Origin: Nitrospirota bacterium
GTDB lineage: Bacteria > Nitrospirota > UBA9217
Reading direction: 5' to 3'
Assembly: GCA_963663225.1 (NCBI GenBank)
Contig: OY760142.1
Coordinates: 1,568,001 to 1,632,000, forward strand
DNA length: 64,000 bases
In this document: positions 20,155-32,084 of the stretch, piece after piece
Position numbering within the stretch: the stretch's first letter is position 1
Layout of the letters: every line of letters begins with the position of its first letter
Program-made: the position numbers and the translations under genes
The notes under the pieces: generated by a model
What the model saw: the letters and a program-made list of their open reading frames with translations, nothing else
What the model was told of the DNA's origin: nothing
Databases searched by the model: none

Positions 20155-20598
20155 ATGAAATTCTCAGAGGCAAAACAAGGACGCATATTTATACTCCGGC
20201 TGGAAAATGGTGACGTGCTGCATGAGAGTATTGAATCGTTTGCCCGCGAACAGCATATCAACGCGGCGGCTCTCATCGTGCTGGGCGGCGCAGACGCTGA
20301 CAGCAGGCTGGTCGTGGGTCCTGAGCAGAGATGTGCTCATCCCGTTGTTCCCATGGAAACGATGCTCAAGAATGTTCACGAAATTGCGGGGACCGGCACT
20401 CTTTTCCCCGACGCAACAGGCCAGCCGGTTTTGCATATGCACATTGCCGCGGGCCGGGAAGAAAAAACCATAACCGGATGCGTGCGCCGGGGAGTGACTG
20501 CGTGGCATGTGATGGAAGTTGTGCTGTGGGAACTGACGGAAACCACAGGAAAACGGCTCATGGATTCCGCAATAGGTTTTGAGTTGCTGCAGCCGTAG
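20155..20598 (+). CDS. PPC/DUF296 domain protein
   Basis: FILRLENGD, HEIAGTG, LHMHIAAG, MEVVL. Confidence 0.85.
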   Translation: MKFSEAKQGRIFILRLENGDVLHESIESFAREQHINAAALIVLGGADADSRLVVGPEQRCAHPVVPMETMLKNVHEIAGTGTLFPDATGQPVLHMHIAAGREEKTITGCVRRGVTAWHVMEVVLWELTETTGKRLMDSAIGFELLQP

Positions 20599-20681
20599 AA
20601 ATACCATGACTGATTGCCTGTCTGAGCCACGCCGCGGCGTGTGCGCGGCAGCGCGATAAAGAATTTGAACATGCTGGAGAG

Positions 20682-21212
20682 GTGAAGGTGGATACTAAAC
20701 TTGACATTGTGAATCATCCGGAGAAAATACACGCAACGGCATTTGTTGCTCCTGGTGCTGTCGTGATCGGAAATGTGACCATTGAGGCCGAAGCAAGCCT
20801 GTGGTTTGGCGCGGTCGTCCGGGCCGATACGGACGCGATCGTGATCGGCGAACAAGCCAATGTGCAGGATGGGTGCATCCTGCACGTCGACCGGGGATCG
20901 CCCTGCATTCTGGGCAAACGGGTCACCCTGGGGCATGGCGCTGTTGTGCATGGGGCCACAATCGAAGATGATGTGCTGATCGGCATCAAAGCCATTGTGC
21001 TGAACGGCGCCCGCATAGGACGCGGCAGCGTTATTGCTGCCGGAGCTCTTGTCGCACCGGGAACCATCATTCCGCCGAAGTCCTTGGTAATGGGAGTTCC
21101 GGGAAAGGTGGTCCGTCCGGCAAACGAGTCGGATGCATTGAGAATTAAAACTGCCACCGAGCATTATTGCGCCTATGCGCGCGAATATGCGGTAAAATAC
21201 CCGCGGAGCTGA
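20682..21212 (+). CDS. Gamma carbonic anhydrase family protein (YrdA/CaiE-like)
   Basis: Hexapeptide repeats, NVQDGCILH, LGHGAVVHG (three His ligands), GVPGK. Confidence 0.9.
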   Translation: MKVDTKLDIVNHPEKIHATAFVAPGAVVIGNVTIEAEASLWFGAVVRADTDAIVIGEQANVQDGCILHVDRGSPCILGKRVTLGHGAVVHGATIEDDVLIGIKAIVLNGARIGRGSVIAAGALVAPGTIIPPKSLVMGVPGKVVRPANESDALRIKTATEHYCAYAREYAVKYPRS

Positions 21213-21255
21213 GAACAGATATCTGCGGCGTCGTGTTTTCAGCGATCCTTCGCCG

Positions 21256-22725
21256 TTATTTTTTCTGAAGCTCCGGATCGCAGTTCAAATCTCGCAACCC
21301 TTTCTGTGCAAACCAGGTGCATACCTGCTTTAAAATAGGGACTCCACCTTCTCCCTGATCGAGATATATGAGATGGTGCGCTGTTCTGAACAAGTGTTCC
21401 TGCAAGGCGTGACTGCTGAGATGAGAGGCATCACTCGGTCCTTCTCCGGTCAGCTTATAGCGCGTGGGGATTGAATTAACCACATCTGCCAGGTCCCGGA
21501 TTTCTTTTTTGAGGGCGCCGTCGTTCTTGACTGCGCTGCCGCCGAAATCCTCAGCGTAGAGGCGCTGCAGGCTCAGGTGCCAGACCGCACATTCAGCCTG
21601 AAGGTAGTCATACGGATCCGGCATGATGGCATCCGGTCCGACGTTGGGCTGAAACGGGTCGATGCCGGCCTCGAGCGGATAAATATTCAGCTGATTCAGC
21701 AAATCGAGCCTGCGGGCGCTCAACAGGGCGTCGGATGCAGCCGACACATTCCGGGCGTAAAAAAAATCGAATAATTGGCGGGTGTCGACAAGATGTCTCA
21801 GTTCAGGGTTTACACGCGCCGGATACGCGTCAACAACAAATAAAAAACATCCCTTGGGTTTTTCCTTGCTGCGGTATAGTTGCGCCACCATATCAAGCAG
21901 GGTGGTGGTTCCGAGGTTGTCGGATGGCCCGGCGTCGATGATATGTTCATATGTTTCCCGGCCGCCCGCGGAGTGGTTCTTCAGCGTCATATCGTGAAAT
22001 GCGCCGGGGTAAGCGCTCGATGACATGACGGCGTTTGCTACGGGAAATGTATCAAGCCTTGAGTTCAAGCCCTGAAACCGCTCCTCGCTGAAAACAAACC
22101 GCTTTCCTTCGGCCAGAGTCGTGGCATTTATAAGAATGCGGGGCCTGCCGCTGCCCATGTCCTCAAAGGTCCTGCCGTGGAACAGGTTGGCGTCCAGCAC
22201 TTCCTTCATAATGTCACTGCGGTTAAAATTTGTATACCAGTACAGGAGAATGTTCTGAGGAAGCAGCCAGCGGCCGAACCATCGTATTTCAAAATCCTTT
22301 CCCATCTGTCTGCGCACGAAATCAGGATTCCAGTATTGTGCGCTGTGACCGTACAGACCGTAATAGGCCGCAGGAAGAGCGCTGCCAGAGACAGACGATA
22401 TGGCCGTAGCTTTGCTGAGGATGCCCAACTTGTCCAGTTCAAGCAAAACGGCAGACGAGAAATTTGCGGCACGGCTACCGCCGCCGGAAAGCGCGATCCC
22501 GATAAAAATACCATCCGGCAATTCTGCGGTCGTTATGGTTTCCACCGCGCGGGTCTTTTGAGGTGGCTCGCCGGAAGCAAGCGGCTGATTGTGCATGGTG
22601 TCGATTGTCGTAACTAAAATTGAGCAACCGGCCATATCCGCCAGGAACAGCAGGATCAGCAGAAACTTTCCGGTTTTTGCGCAGACACGTTGCAGCGATT
22701 TTCCGTTTTTCTCTGTGAACGTCAT
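21256..22725 (-). CDS. Patatin-like phospholipase, probable lipoprotein
   Basis: LSGGGSRAA oxyanion motif, SVSGS nucleophile, SSAYPG, DAG; lipobox MAGC. Confidence 0.82.
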   Translation of the reverse strand: MTFTEKNGKSLQRVCAKTGKFLLILLFLADMAGCSILVTTIDTMHNQPLASGEPPQKTRAVETITTAELPDGIFIGIALSGGGSRAANFSSAVLLELDKLGILSKATAISSVSGSALPAAYYGLYGHSAQYWNPDFVRRQMGKDFEIRWFGRWLLPQNILLYWYTNFNRSDIMKEVLDANLFHGRTFEDMGSGRPRILINATTLAEGKRFVFSEERFQGLNSRLDTFPVANAVMSSSAYPGAFHDMTLKNHSAGGRETYEHIIDAGPSDNLGTTTLLDMVAQLYRSKEKPKGCFLFVVDAYPARVNPELRHLVDTRQLFDFFYARNVSAASDALLSARRLDLLNQLNIYPLEAGIDPFQPNVGPDAIMPDPYDYLQAECAVWHLSLQRLYAEDFGGSAVKNDGALKKEIRDLADVVNSIPTRYKLTGEGPSDASHLSSHALQEHLFRTAHHLIYLDQGEGGVPILKQVCTWFAQKGLRDLNCDPELQKK

Positions 22726-22939
22726 GGAGATGGTCCCTCCTTAGATAGTGCTACTATAACCATACGCTTATTTTTCGTCAAGAGACATGAAGAACAGTTG
22801 CGTATAAGGGAGGGGCTTCCGCATGTGAGCAGGATCACACAGGGATTCTCCGCGCGGTGAATATTCACTTTACTTTTTTTTGAATAATGAATATAGTTAA
22901 TCTCGTTATCACTTCAAAGAATATTGAGGAGGATTGTTT

Positions 22940-23356
22940 ATGGAGAGGACCTTCGGCATTATCAAGCCGGATGCAGTCAGCAGGAACATCACGGGAAAAA
23001 TTATTTCAAAAATTGAAGAAAACGGTTTTACCGTTGTTGCCATGAAGAAACTTTGGCTCACCAAAAAACAGGCCGGAGGTTTTTATGCCGTGCACAAGGA
23101 CAAACCCTTTTTCCACGACTTGACGGAGTACATGTCTTCAGGGCCGTGCATCGCCATGGTGCTTGAGAAGAATGATGCCATTGCCGCATGGCGAAAGCTT
23201 ATGGGGGCCACGAACCCTGCAAAAGCCGATCCCGGTACAATCCGGAAGGAGTTTGCGGTTGATCTTGAAAAAAACAGTGTTCATGGCTCTGATGCGCCGG
23301 AGACAGCAGCGTTTGAAATCGCCTATTTCTTCAATAATCTTGAAATGACAGCCTGA
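22940..23356 (+). CDS. ndk: Nucleoside diphosphate kinase
   Basis: [26 protein letters not shown]. Confidence 0.97.
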   Translation: MERTFGIIKPDAVSRNITGKIISKIEENGFTVVAMKKLWLTKKQAGGFYAVHKDKPFFHDLTEYMSSGPCIAMVLEKNDAIAAWRKLMGATNPAKADPGTIRKEFAVDLEKNSVHGSDAPETAAFEIAYFFNNLEMTA

Positions 23357-23440
23357 CCCAGGGCCTTGTATCGGCTCCGCTGTGCAATGGCTATGCTGCT
23401 GTTTGCAATAATTTCTGCGTTGACAAAAAGGAGGTTTGTT

Positions 23441-24430
23441 ATGAGAGCAGTTCTTTTTAGACTTCTACTCATCACAGTGCTTGTCGGCCTGATGGCAGGA
23501 TGCTCTTCCGTGACTCCGAAATATACGTTTACGATCAATGAACCGATTGTATCCAATATCAAGTATGACGTCGGCCAGAAAAAACCGGTTGTATTGAAAA
23601 TCGTCGATCAACGAGCGAATAAAACGTTTCACACAGAGATGGGCATGTTATCGGCTGCGCAGGTTTCTCTGGTGAATGCCACAGATCCGATTGCCTGGTT
23701 CTCACAGGCATTGGAAAAAGAATTCGCAGCGCGCGATATCCCTGTGAAAGTTGTAGACAAAAACTCATCCATAACAGCGGATGTGGTTCTCACCATTAAA
23801 CGATACCAGATTACCAGCCGTTTAGTTGCCTGGCTGACCCCCTGGGAATCATACCATTCTTTTCTTGGAGAGCTCGCCTCAGAGGGCAAGACTTATGGAA
23901 TTCGCTCATACTTCTTTAACGGAAAAGTATATGGTGGCGGGCTGAAGGAAATTGAAGATGCGATCTATAATACACCCATGTCGATTCTGGTTAAGGATAT
24001 TGCATCGAAAATAAACCGGTATGCGCTGCAGTATTCTGCAAGCGACGCCAAAATCAGCGAAATCCAGCTTCGCACGCAAAAAAAGATAAAATCACAGGAT
24101 GATGATGCATACCGGCTGGTGCTCGAACTGGGAAATTCGAATAATCCGAATGCGGTAAAATCCCTAGTTGCGTTTTCTGCAATTGAAGATCGGTTTGCCA
24201 GGGCATGTGCTCTTTCCGGCATAGGGACCCTTGGGGCCCAGGACCAGCTCGGATTTCTTAAAAAGAAATACGCAGAACTGAACGGAATTGACAAATTTAT
24301 GGCGCTCAAAGCAATCGGCGATATAGACACCGCTGATGCGATTGATTATGTAAGAAGAATGAGGCACGATCCGATGTACAGCAGTGAGGACGGCTTAAAG
24401 TATGCAGTAGATATATATCTCGAACGATAA
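23441..24430 (+). CDS. Hypothetical lipoprotein (YajG-like N-terminus, HEAT-repeat C-terminus)
   Basis: Lipobox MAGC; C-terminal ALSGIG/ALKAIG helical repeats; SD AGGAGG. Confidence 0.65.
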   Translation: MRAVLFRLLLITVLVGLMAGCSSVTPKYTFTINEPIVSNIKYDVGQKKPVVLKIVDQRANKTFHTEMGMLSAAQVSLVNATDPIAWFSQALEKEFAARDIPVKVVDKNSSITADVVLTIKRYQITSRLVAWLTPWESYHSFLGELASEGKTYGIRSYFFNGKVYGGGLKEIEDAIYNTPMSILVKDIASKINRYALQYSASDAKISEIQLRTQKKIKSQDDDAYRLVLELGNSNNPNAVKSLVAFSAIEDRFARACALSGIGTLGAQDQLGFLKKKYAELNGIDKFMALKAIGDIDTADAIDYVRRMRHDPMYSSEDGLKYAVDIYLER

Positions 24431-24566
24431 TATATATTAGTCCGCATGAGCATTCTCTCTGCGTCTGCTCATGGCTGAACTTGATATATCCGCGGAAGTC
24501 TATCCTTAGGTTCCATTCCTAGCAGCAAGCTAATAAATTGCCTGACAATAAAAAAGGAGAAAGAGA

Positions 24567-25454
24567 ATGACCAACTTGGGTTTTGTAGGTCTCGGAATAA
24601 TGGGCAAACCTATGGCAGGACATTTGGCAGCAGCAGGACATACCGTGCACGTTTTTAACCGAACACCAAAAACAGCCCAGGAACTGGGGACAAAAAACTT
24701 TGTTGTGTGCAAGTCAAGCCGTGAAGTTGCTGAGAAATCCGACGTGGTATTTACCATGGTCTCGGACACGCCGGATGTGGAAAAAGTAATTTTCGGCCCT
24801 GAGGGGCTGTTCGATGGGCTCAAACACAGCTCCGTTGTTATTGATATGAGCACAATTTCACCGGTTGCGACAAAGGATTTTGCAAAGCGGCTGTCCGCCA
24901 GGAAAGTCCATATGCTTGATGCACCAGTCTCCGGCGGCCAGGCGGGCGCGGAACAGGCCACCCTTTCCATTATGGTGGGAGGGGAAGCACCGGTATTTGA
25001 GCGCGTGAAACCGTATTTTGATCTGATGGGGAAAAATGTTATTTATATCGGAACAAACGGCGCGGGCCAGACCTGCAAACTGGCAAACCAGATCCTTGTC
25101 GCTGCCACACTGGAAGGAGTGAGCGAGGCGCTTGTCTTTGCATCAAAAGCAGGTGTGGATCCGTCAAAGGTGCGGCAGGCGCTGCTGGGCGGAGCTGCAC
25201 AGAGCCGCATTCTCGATGTTCATGGCAAACGGATGATTGACAGGAACTTTGTACCCGGATTTAAAATAAGTCTCCAGCAAAAAGATCTCAACCTTGTTCT
25301 GCAAACTGCGCGCAGCATGGGAGTCAGTGTCCCTTCAACCGCGATTGCGCAGGAATTCTATAATTCACTGGCAGGACAAGGCTGTGGTGATCTTGATAAT
25401 TCCGCACTTGTGCAGGTCTTAGAAAAACTGGCAGGGAAAATAGTAGAGGAGTAA
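24567..25454 (+). CDS. 2-hydroxy-3-oxopropionate reductase / beta-hydroxyacid dehydrogenase family
   Basis: GFVGLGIMG, DMSTISP, LDAPVSGG, CKLANQ, KDL. Confidence 0.9.
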   Translation: MTNLGFVGLGIMGKPMAGHLAAAGHTVHVFNRTPKTAQELGTKNFVVCKSSREVAEKSDVVFTMVSDTPDVEKVIFGPEGLFDGLKHSSVVIDMSTISPVATKDFAKRLSARKVHMLDAPVSGGQAGAEQATLSIMVGGEAPVFERVKPYFDLMGKNVIYIGTNGAGQTCKLANQILVAATLEGVSEALVFASKAGVDPSKVRQALLGGAAQSRILDVHGKRMIDRNFVPGFKISLQQKDLNLVLQTARSMGVSVPSTAIAQEFYNSLAGQGCGDLDNSALVQVLEKLAGKIVEE

Positions 25455-25496
25455 ATACGAATCAGCCAGGTTCCGGGTCGCCGGACAGAAGCGCAG

Positions 25497-26600
25497 CTAT
25501 TCAGTGCCGCCTGTCAACTCAGCCATAAGCGCCTTGACAGAAAGGACCTGATCAATACGCGCAGCACTGGTCCCGACCGTGTAGAGGGCCTCTTCCTTGT
25601 CCGTATTATAACCGCCTGAGCTCAGCAAACCGTTGCAGATGCAGAAGTGGCTTTCGTTGCTCTCTTTTGCAGGGCAAATCGTGAAATTGCCTTCGGCATC
25701 TTTCAGAAGCACATAGCCTTTATCACATTTGGGTGCGCGCAGCCGTTTAAGAGCGGAGACATACATCGGGGACTGTTTAATTACGCGGAACGGCAGGCCG
25801 CAGGGTGACCCCGGCCGATGCGCGACAACGATGTCCGCTTCCGTTGCATTAACGACGGCCTGTTTATACGCAGGAGTTGCGCTGCTTTCCTCGGTTGCAA
25901 GAAAGCGGGTCCCCATTTGAACGCCGTCTGCCCCCAGCTCCATGAATCGCACGATATCATCGTGTGAATAAATTCCTCCCGCAATAATCACGGGGAAATC
26001 ACCACACTTTAGCGCCAGATCTTTTACCGGTGGAAGAAGATTTTCAAGACGGTTGGATTCAAGATCAACCTGGTCGATCCGGAAACCCAGATGGCCGCCC
26101 GCAAGCGGCCCTTCCAAAACCACTGCGTCAGGCCGGTACCCCAGTTTTTCCCATTTTTTGCAGATGATATCCAGCGCGCGGGCAGATGAAACAATCGGAA
26201 TGAGGGCCGTTTCTTTCGGCGGCTGTATGGCCGGAAGGCCCAGAGGAAGTCCTGCTCCAGAAATAATTGCATCAGCCCCGGCATCGAGGGCTCCTTTTAC
26301 TGAATCGCTATAATCACGGACAAGAGCTGCCATGATGTTAATGCCAACAAACCCTTCTCTGACTTTGGAAAGAGAAATTTCTTCATAGGCGGCTTCATAG
26401 GTGCTTGTTTTCTTATCGTTTCTTTTTGAAACAAGCCTGTCAAGGCAAGCGCTGGAAATAATTCCGAGACCGCCTTCCTGGGCAACTGCTTTTGCCAGTG
26501 GGTGCAGTGACACACCTACCCCCATGCCACCTTGTATGATCGGAACAGAGATTCTTTTTCCTTTTACAATGAGTGGTTTTAGTTTTTTCTGAGAGTTCAA
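25497..26600 (-). CDS. Nitronate monooxygenase/FabK-fold flavoprotein, FabX-like
   Basis: PIIQGGMGVG, SGAGLP, EGPLAGGH, IAGGI, GVQMGTRF; four C-terminal Cys residues. Confidence 0.82.
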   Translation of the reverse strand: MNSQKKLKPLIVKGKRISVPIIQGGMGVGVSLHPLAKAVAQEGGLGIISSACLDRLVSKRNDKKTSTYEAAYEEISLSKVREGFVGINIMAALVRDYSDSVKGALDAGADAIISGAGLPLGLPAIQPPKETALIPIVSSARALDIICKKWEKLGYRPDAVVLEGPLAGGHLGFRIDQVDLESNRLENLLPPVKDLALKCGDFPVIIAGGIYSHDDIVRFMELGADGVQMGTRFLATEESSATPAYKQAVVNATEADIVVAHRPGSPCGLPFRVIKQSPMYVSALKRLRAPKCDKGYVLLKDAEGNFTICPAKESNESHFCICNGLLSSGGYNTDKEEALYTVGTSAARIDQVLSVKALMAELTGGTE

Positions 26601-26839
26601 ATCTCCCCCTATCGCGTTTTACACAAACCGGGCATCAGGCAGGTTTGGGCAGGCGTGATAATTACCGCAGGCAATGCAGATAGATACAGATAAAGAAAAC
26701 AATAAATTGTCGATTTTTGTTACTATACCATAAGAAAAGTCTATATTCAACCATTAATCGGTACGGCTAGATTGAATCCAGCTGCAACTTGAAACCGACG
26801 TTGACAATTTTGTCTCACTATGAGATTATTTCAGCTCCT

Positions 26840-27787
26840 ATGAAGATTATCAGGGACTTAAAAAGTCTTACGGAAAAATTTCAGAACCCCGTGCTTACGC
26901 TCGGAAACTTTGACGGCGTCCATCTTGGCCACCAGGCGCTATTCAGGAAAATCGTCTCGCGTGCGCGGAAGATCCACGGTACCAGCATTGTGTTTACATT
27001 CGAACCCCATCCGCTTAAAGTACTTGCTCCAGACCGGGCCCCCAAGCTGTTAAACACCTTCCCTAGCAAGATGAACCTGTTTGCCGATGCTGGAATTGAC
27101 GTTGTTATTTGTGCGGAATTTACCCGCGCCTTTTCCGAACAAAGTCCGGAGGATTTTGCACAAAAAATCCTGCACGAGCAACTAGGGGTAAAGGAAGTAT
27201 ACGTTGGATATGACTATGCTTTCGGCAAAAGGCGGGAAGGCGGAATAGAAGCCCTGAAGAAAGCAGGGGAAACATGCGGGTTTTTTGTAAGCATGGTTGA
27301 TGCAGTCCGGGTAAACGGTGTCGTGGCCAGCAGCTCCGCTGTCCGCGATCTGATCGCGAGCGGAAAAGTGCGCGAGGCATCGGAGCTTCTCGGCAGAAAT
27401 TATACGATCGAAGGAACGGTTGTGCATGGTTCACATCGTGGCCATACGCTTGGGTTCCCCACCGCCAATCTGAACACGCAAAACGAATTAATTCCCGCAT
27501 ATGGCGTGTATGCCGTGACCGCCCAGGTTGACGCATGCCGCTATCAAGGAGTGGCGTCCATCGGAGTAAGGCCTACATTCGAATTGGGGCCTGTTTCCAT
27601 CGAGATTTTTCTTTTTGATTTTGACGGAGATCTGTACGGAAAACAGATGGAAGTTGCTTTTGTCCAGTATTTGCGTAAAGAAAAAAAATTCCCCGATGTC
27701 CAATCACTGGTATTGCAAATGCAAAAAGATGTTCACGAAGCAAAAATACTTCTTCATCATCTACCAATTGCCGGAAAAAATGCGTAA
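26840..27787 (+). CDS. ribF: Bifunctional riboflavin kinase/FAD synthetase
   Basis: GNFDGVHLGHQ, FEPHP, GFPTAN, GVRPTF. Confidence 0.96.
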   Translation: MKIIRDLKSLTEKFQNPVLTLGNFDGVHLGHQALFRKIVSRARKIHGTSIVFTFEPHPLKVLAPDRAPKLLNTFPSKMNLFADAGIDVVICAEFTRAFSEQSPEDFAQKILHEQLGVKEVYVGYDYAFGKRREGGIEALKKAGETCGFFVSMVDAVRVNGVVASSSAVRDLIASGKVREASELLGRNYTIEGTVVHGSHRGHTLGFPTANLNTQNELIPAYGVYAVTAQVDACRYQGVASIGVRPTFELGPVSIEIFLFDFDGDLYGKQMEVAFVQYLRKEKKFPDVQSLVLQMQKDVHEAKILLHHLPIAGKNA

Positions 27788-28007
27788 GCTTTCAGACGAT
27801 ATTTATGCTGAATATAGTATTATCGAGCTGTTTTTTCCAAACGCCGGATATAGCAAGCCTTTAATAAAAATCTAACGCATTGTAAAATAGTGGAATTTTT
27901 TCAGAAAGCTGTTTGGTCTGGAAGGTAAAAATCCGGTTTGACGCAACAGAAAGAACCTTGATATGCTTACTAATCATAGCAGCCTTTTATGTCAGGCACA
28001 AAAAGTA

Positions 28008-28037
28008 TTGACAATAAAATGAGCGCTATGCTATAAC
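28008..28037 (+). promoter_or_regulatory. sigma70 promoter upstream of the DUF1015-gap cluster
   Basis: TTGACA-N18-TATAAC with extended -10 TG; a second candidate (TTGACG...TATGCT) lies about 70 nt upstream. Confidence 0.5.
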
Positions 28038-28209
28038 AAGACTTTTTAAAGGATTACTTCCCAGATACGCTGTCTTTACAAGGAATTAGTATGGTGCAAG
28101 AAGCTTTCCGGGACATCATAATAATTTCTGCAGCCGAAACGTCGCTCTACACGTACCACGCGCTAAGTGCTTTGAAATTTTTCTAATTTTTTCTATGGGA
28201 AATTAATAT

Positions 28210-29535
28210 ATGGCGAAAATAGCTCCGTTCCGAGGGGTTCTTTATAACAAGGAAAAAGCGGGCGTGATGACGGATCTTGTTTGCCCGCCCTATGACATCA
28301 TTTCACCGTCCGGACAGAAAGAACTATACAGGAAAAGCCCCTATAATATTGTACGGCTCGAATACGGCCAGGAAAATCCCACAGACACGGATACAGACAA
28401 CCGTTATACTCGCGCCTCGGCCCTTTTAGACGAGTGGCTCAAAGAAGATATTTTACATCAGGAGCAGGTGCCGGCACTGTATATTTACGAAATGGAATAT
28501 GTTGCAGGCAAAATACCGAAAAGACTGCGCGGATTTGTATGCAGAGTCAAGATTGAAGAGTATCAGGAAGGTACTATCAAACCGCATGAAACGACACTCT
28601 CCGGGCCGAAGACGGACCGGCTGAACCTCTTGCGTGCGTGCAGGTCCGGTTTCAGCCAAATCTACGCTCTCTTTTCTGACCCGCAGGGGACAATAACAGG
28701 GATGCTTGCGGATGTCAGCGGGGCTCCAATGAAAGAAGTAACGGGCAGCGACTCGGTGATACACCGTATCTGGTCGGTAACCGACACGAATCTTGTAGAA
28801 CGTATTGTCCGTGAAATGGCTGACAAGCACCTTTACATAGCCGATGGACACCATCGCTACGATACAGCGCTTAAGTACAGAAACGAGCGCCGCGAAGCAT
28901 CAGGAACATCAGGCGGAGAAGAATCATACGACTATACGGCTATGTTCCTGGCCGGACTTGAAGACCCGGGAATTACCATCCTTCCTGCGCACCGTGCGGT
29001 ATTCAACCTGCAGAATTTTGAACCGCGCCGATTTATAGACAGCCTCAAAGAGTACTTCGGCATTGAACGCATTGACTTTACCGGGAAGACGGAAACCAAG
29101 GATCTGGAAACAATCCTGGATACCATGAAACACCGTGCCGGCCATGCTCATATATTCGGCATGCGGATCAAGGGGAAAAACAGTTATTATCTCCTGACGT
29201 TGCGGAATGAATCGGTTATGGATACGATTCTCTCAGACAAATCACCGGCATACAGGAGATTGGATGTTTCCATCCTGCATCATCTGATTATTGATATGCT
29301 GATGGGCATCAGGATGGACACCCACAAGCTGGGACGCAATATCGAATACATCAAGGACGCACGGGAGGCTGTTGATCGTGTTTCCGATGGATCGGCCGAT
29401 GTTGTTCTCCTGATGAACCCGACCAAGGTGGAAGAAGTAAAGAGCATTGCATTGGCAGGCGAATGCATGCCTCAGAAAGCCACCTATTTCTATCCCAAAC
29501 TTGTAACGGGACTGGTTATGCACAAATTGGACTAG
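28210..29535 (+). CDS. DUF1015 family protein
   Basis: PPYDII, PHETT, YIADGHHRY, MPQKATYFYPK. Confidence 0.9.
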   Translation: MAKIAPFRGVLYNKEKAGVMTDLVCPPYDIISPSGQKELYRKSPYNIVRLEYGQENPTDTDTDNRYTRASALLDEWLKEDILHQEQVPALYIYEMEYVAGKIPKRLRGFVCRVKIEEYQEGTIKPHETTLSGPKTDRLNLLRACRSGFSQIYALFSDPQGTITGMLADVSGAPMKEVTGSDSVIHRIWSVTDTNLVERIVREMADKHLYIADGHHRYDTALKYRNERREASGTSGGEESYDYTAMFLAGLEDPGITILPAHRAVFNLQNFEPRRFIDSLKEYFGIERIDFTGKTETKDLETILDTMKHRAGHAHIFGMRIKGKNSYYLLTLRNESVMDTILSDKSPAYRRLDVSILHHLIIDMLMGIRMDTHKLGRNIEYIKDAREAVDRVSDGSADVVLLMNPTKVEEVKSIALAGECMPQKATYFYPKLVTGLVMHKLD

Positions 29536-29627
29536 GAGAGGATGTTCGTTTGTGAATTAAAAAAACATGCGGGCTCCGGACTTATTGCCCGGCCAAGGCG
29601 GCTTTGCTGCATGTTTTGCTGACGTAA

Positions 29628-30662
<1,035 letters not shown>

Positions 30663-30803
30663 CAACCGAGCGCATCGGATCAACCATTGCCAGTGCTGTA
30701 CAGTCCTGATGTGTGAACGCGCTGAAAAATCGGCCCGGACGTGATAATCGGTTTGAGCGGACAGTGCGTGCGCTGCTTGGAAATTATTTTGCCAGAGGGG
30801 GCT

Positions 30804-31997
30804 ATGAACAAAAAAACCATAGACCAGGTTGACATCAAGGGGAAAAAAGTTTTTATCCGTGCGGACTTCAATGTGCCGTTTGATGAGAACGGCAACATCT
30901 CCGACGACGGCAGGATCCGTTCCACGCTTCCGACAATCAACTTCGCGCTGGATGCCGGGGCAAAAGTGATTCTCGCATCGCATCTGGGCCGGCCAAAAGG
31001 CAAGCGTGACCCGAAATACAGCCTTGCTCCGGTGGCAATCCGGCTGAACCGCCTGCTCAACAAGGAAGTAAAATTTGCCAAGGACTGCATCGGTCCGGAT
31101 GTGGAGCACCTGGTGGCCGGAATGCGGCCCGGAGACGTGATTCTTCTGGAGAACCTGCGGTTTCATGCCGAAGAGGAAAAAAATGACGACGGTTTTTCCC
31201 AGGCGCTTGCCGCGCTCGCTGATGTGTATGTAAACGATGCCTTCGGCACGTCACACCGGGCGCACGCCTCCACGTACGGCATTACCAAGCATATGAAACA
31301 GTCCGTGGCCGGTTTTCTTATGAAAAAGGAGATAGATTATCTTCAAAAGACCGTCGCAAACCCGGTGCGGCCGTTCGTCGCCATTCTCGGCGGATCCAAG
31401 GTGTCGGGGAAAATCGGCGTGATCGAGAACCTGAAAAACAAAGTGGACAAAATAATCGTCGGTGGCGCCATGGCCTGTACTTTCAGCAAGGCAAACGGCG
31501 AAGAAGTAGGGGCCTCGCTTGTCGAACAGGACATGCTTACCATGGCCGAGCATCTTCACAAGGGCGTTCGTGAGAAAGGGGTCAAGTTCTATCTTCCGGT
31601 GGATTTTGTGGTCGCGGAAAATATGAACGAAGGAGCACAAACAAAGATTGTGACTTCCCAGGAAATACCGAAAGGATGGATGGCCCTTGATATCGGCCCT
31701 GCCACCGTCCGGCTTTTTAGCGAGGCAATCCAAGACGCCAAGACCATCATCTGGAACGGTCCCATGGGTATGTTTGAAAAGGACGCCTATTCGCGCGGTA
31801 CTTTTGCTATCGCTCATTCGGTTGCCGATGCATATGCAACGACCATTGTGGGCGGCGGCGACACCGATGTGGCGGTGCATCGCGCCGGAGTGTCCGACAG
31901 CATCACCTTTATCTCTACAGGCGGCGGAGCGTCCCTCGAACTTCTTGAAGGAAAAGAACTGCCCGGGCTTGCTGCGCTGACGAATGAATCAGACTAG
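30804..31997 (+). CDS. pgk: Phosphoglycerate kinase
   Basis: RADFNVP, SHLGRP, LLENLRF, NDAFG, STGGGASL. Confidence 0.98.
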   Translation: MNKKTIDQVDIKGKKVFIRADFNVPFDENGNISDDGRIRSTLPTINFALDAGAKVILASHLGRPKGKRDPKYSLAPVAIRLNRLLNKEVKFAKDCIGPDVEHLVAGMRPGDVILLENLRFHAEEEKNDDGFSQALAALADVYVNDAFGTSHRAHASTYGITKHMKQSVAGFLMKKEIDYLQKTVANPVRPFVAILGGSKVSGKIGVIENLKNKVDKIIVGGAMACTFSKANGEEVGASLVEQDMLTMAEHLHKGVREKGVKFYLPVDFVVAENMNEGAQTKIVTSQEIPKGWMALDIGPATVRLFSEAIQDAKTIIWNGPMGMFEKDAYSRGTFAIAHSVADAYATTIVGGGDTDVAVHRAGVSDSITFISTGGGASLELLEGKELPGLAALTNESD

Positions 31998-32084
31998 CAA
32001 GGCGAAAAACAGCGGATACTAACAGACTCGAAAAAAAGAGGCGACGCTGCGCAAAGAGAATAATGAATGCCTCACGAGGTGTCT

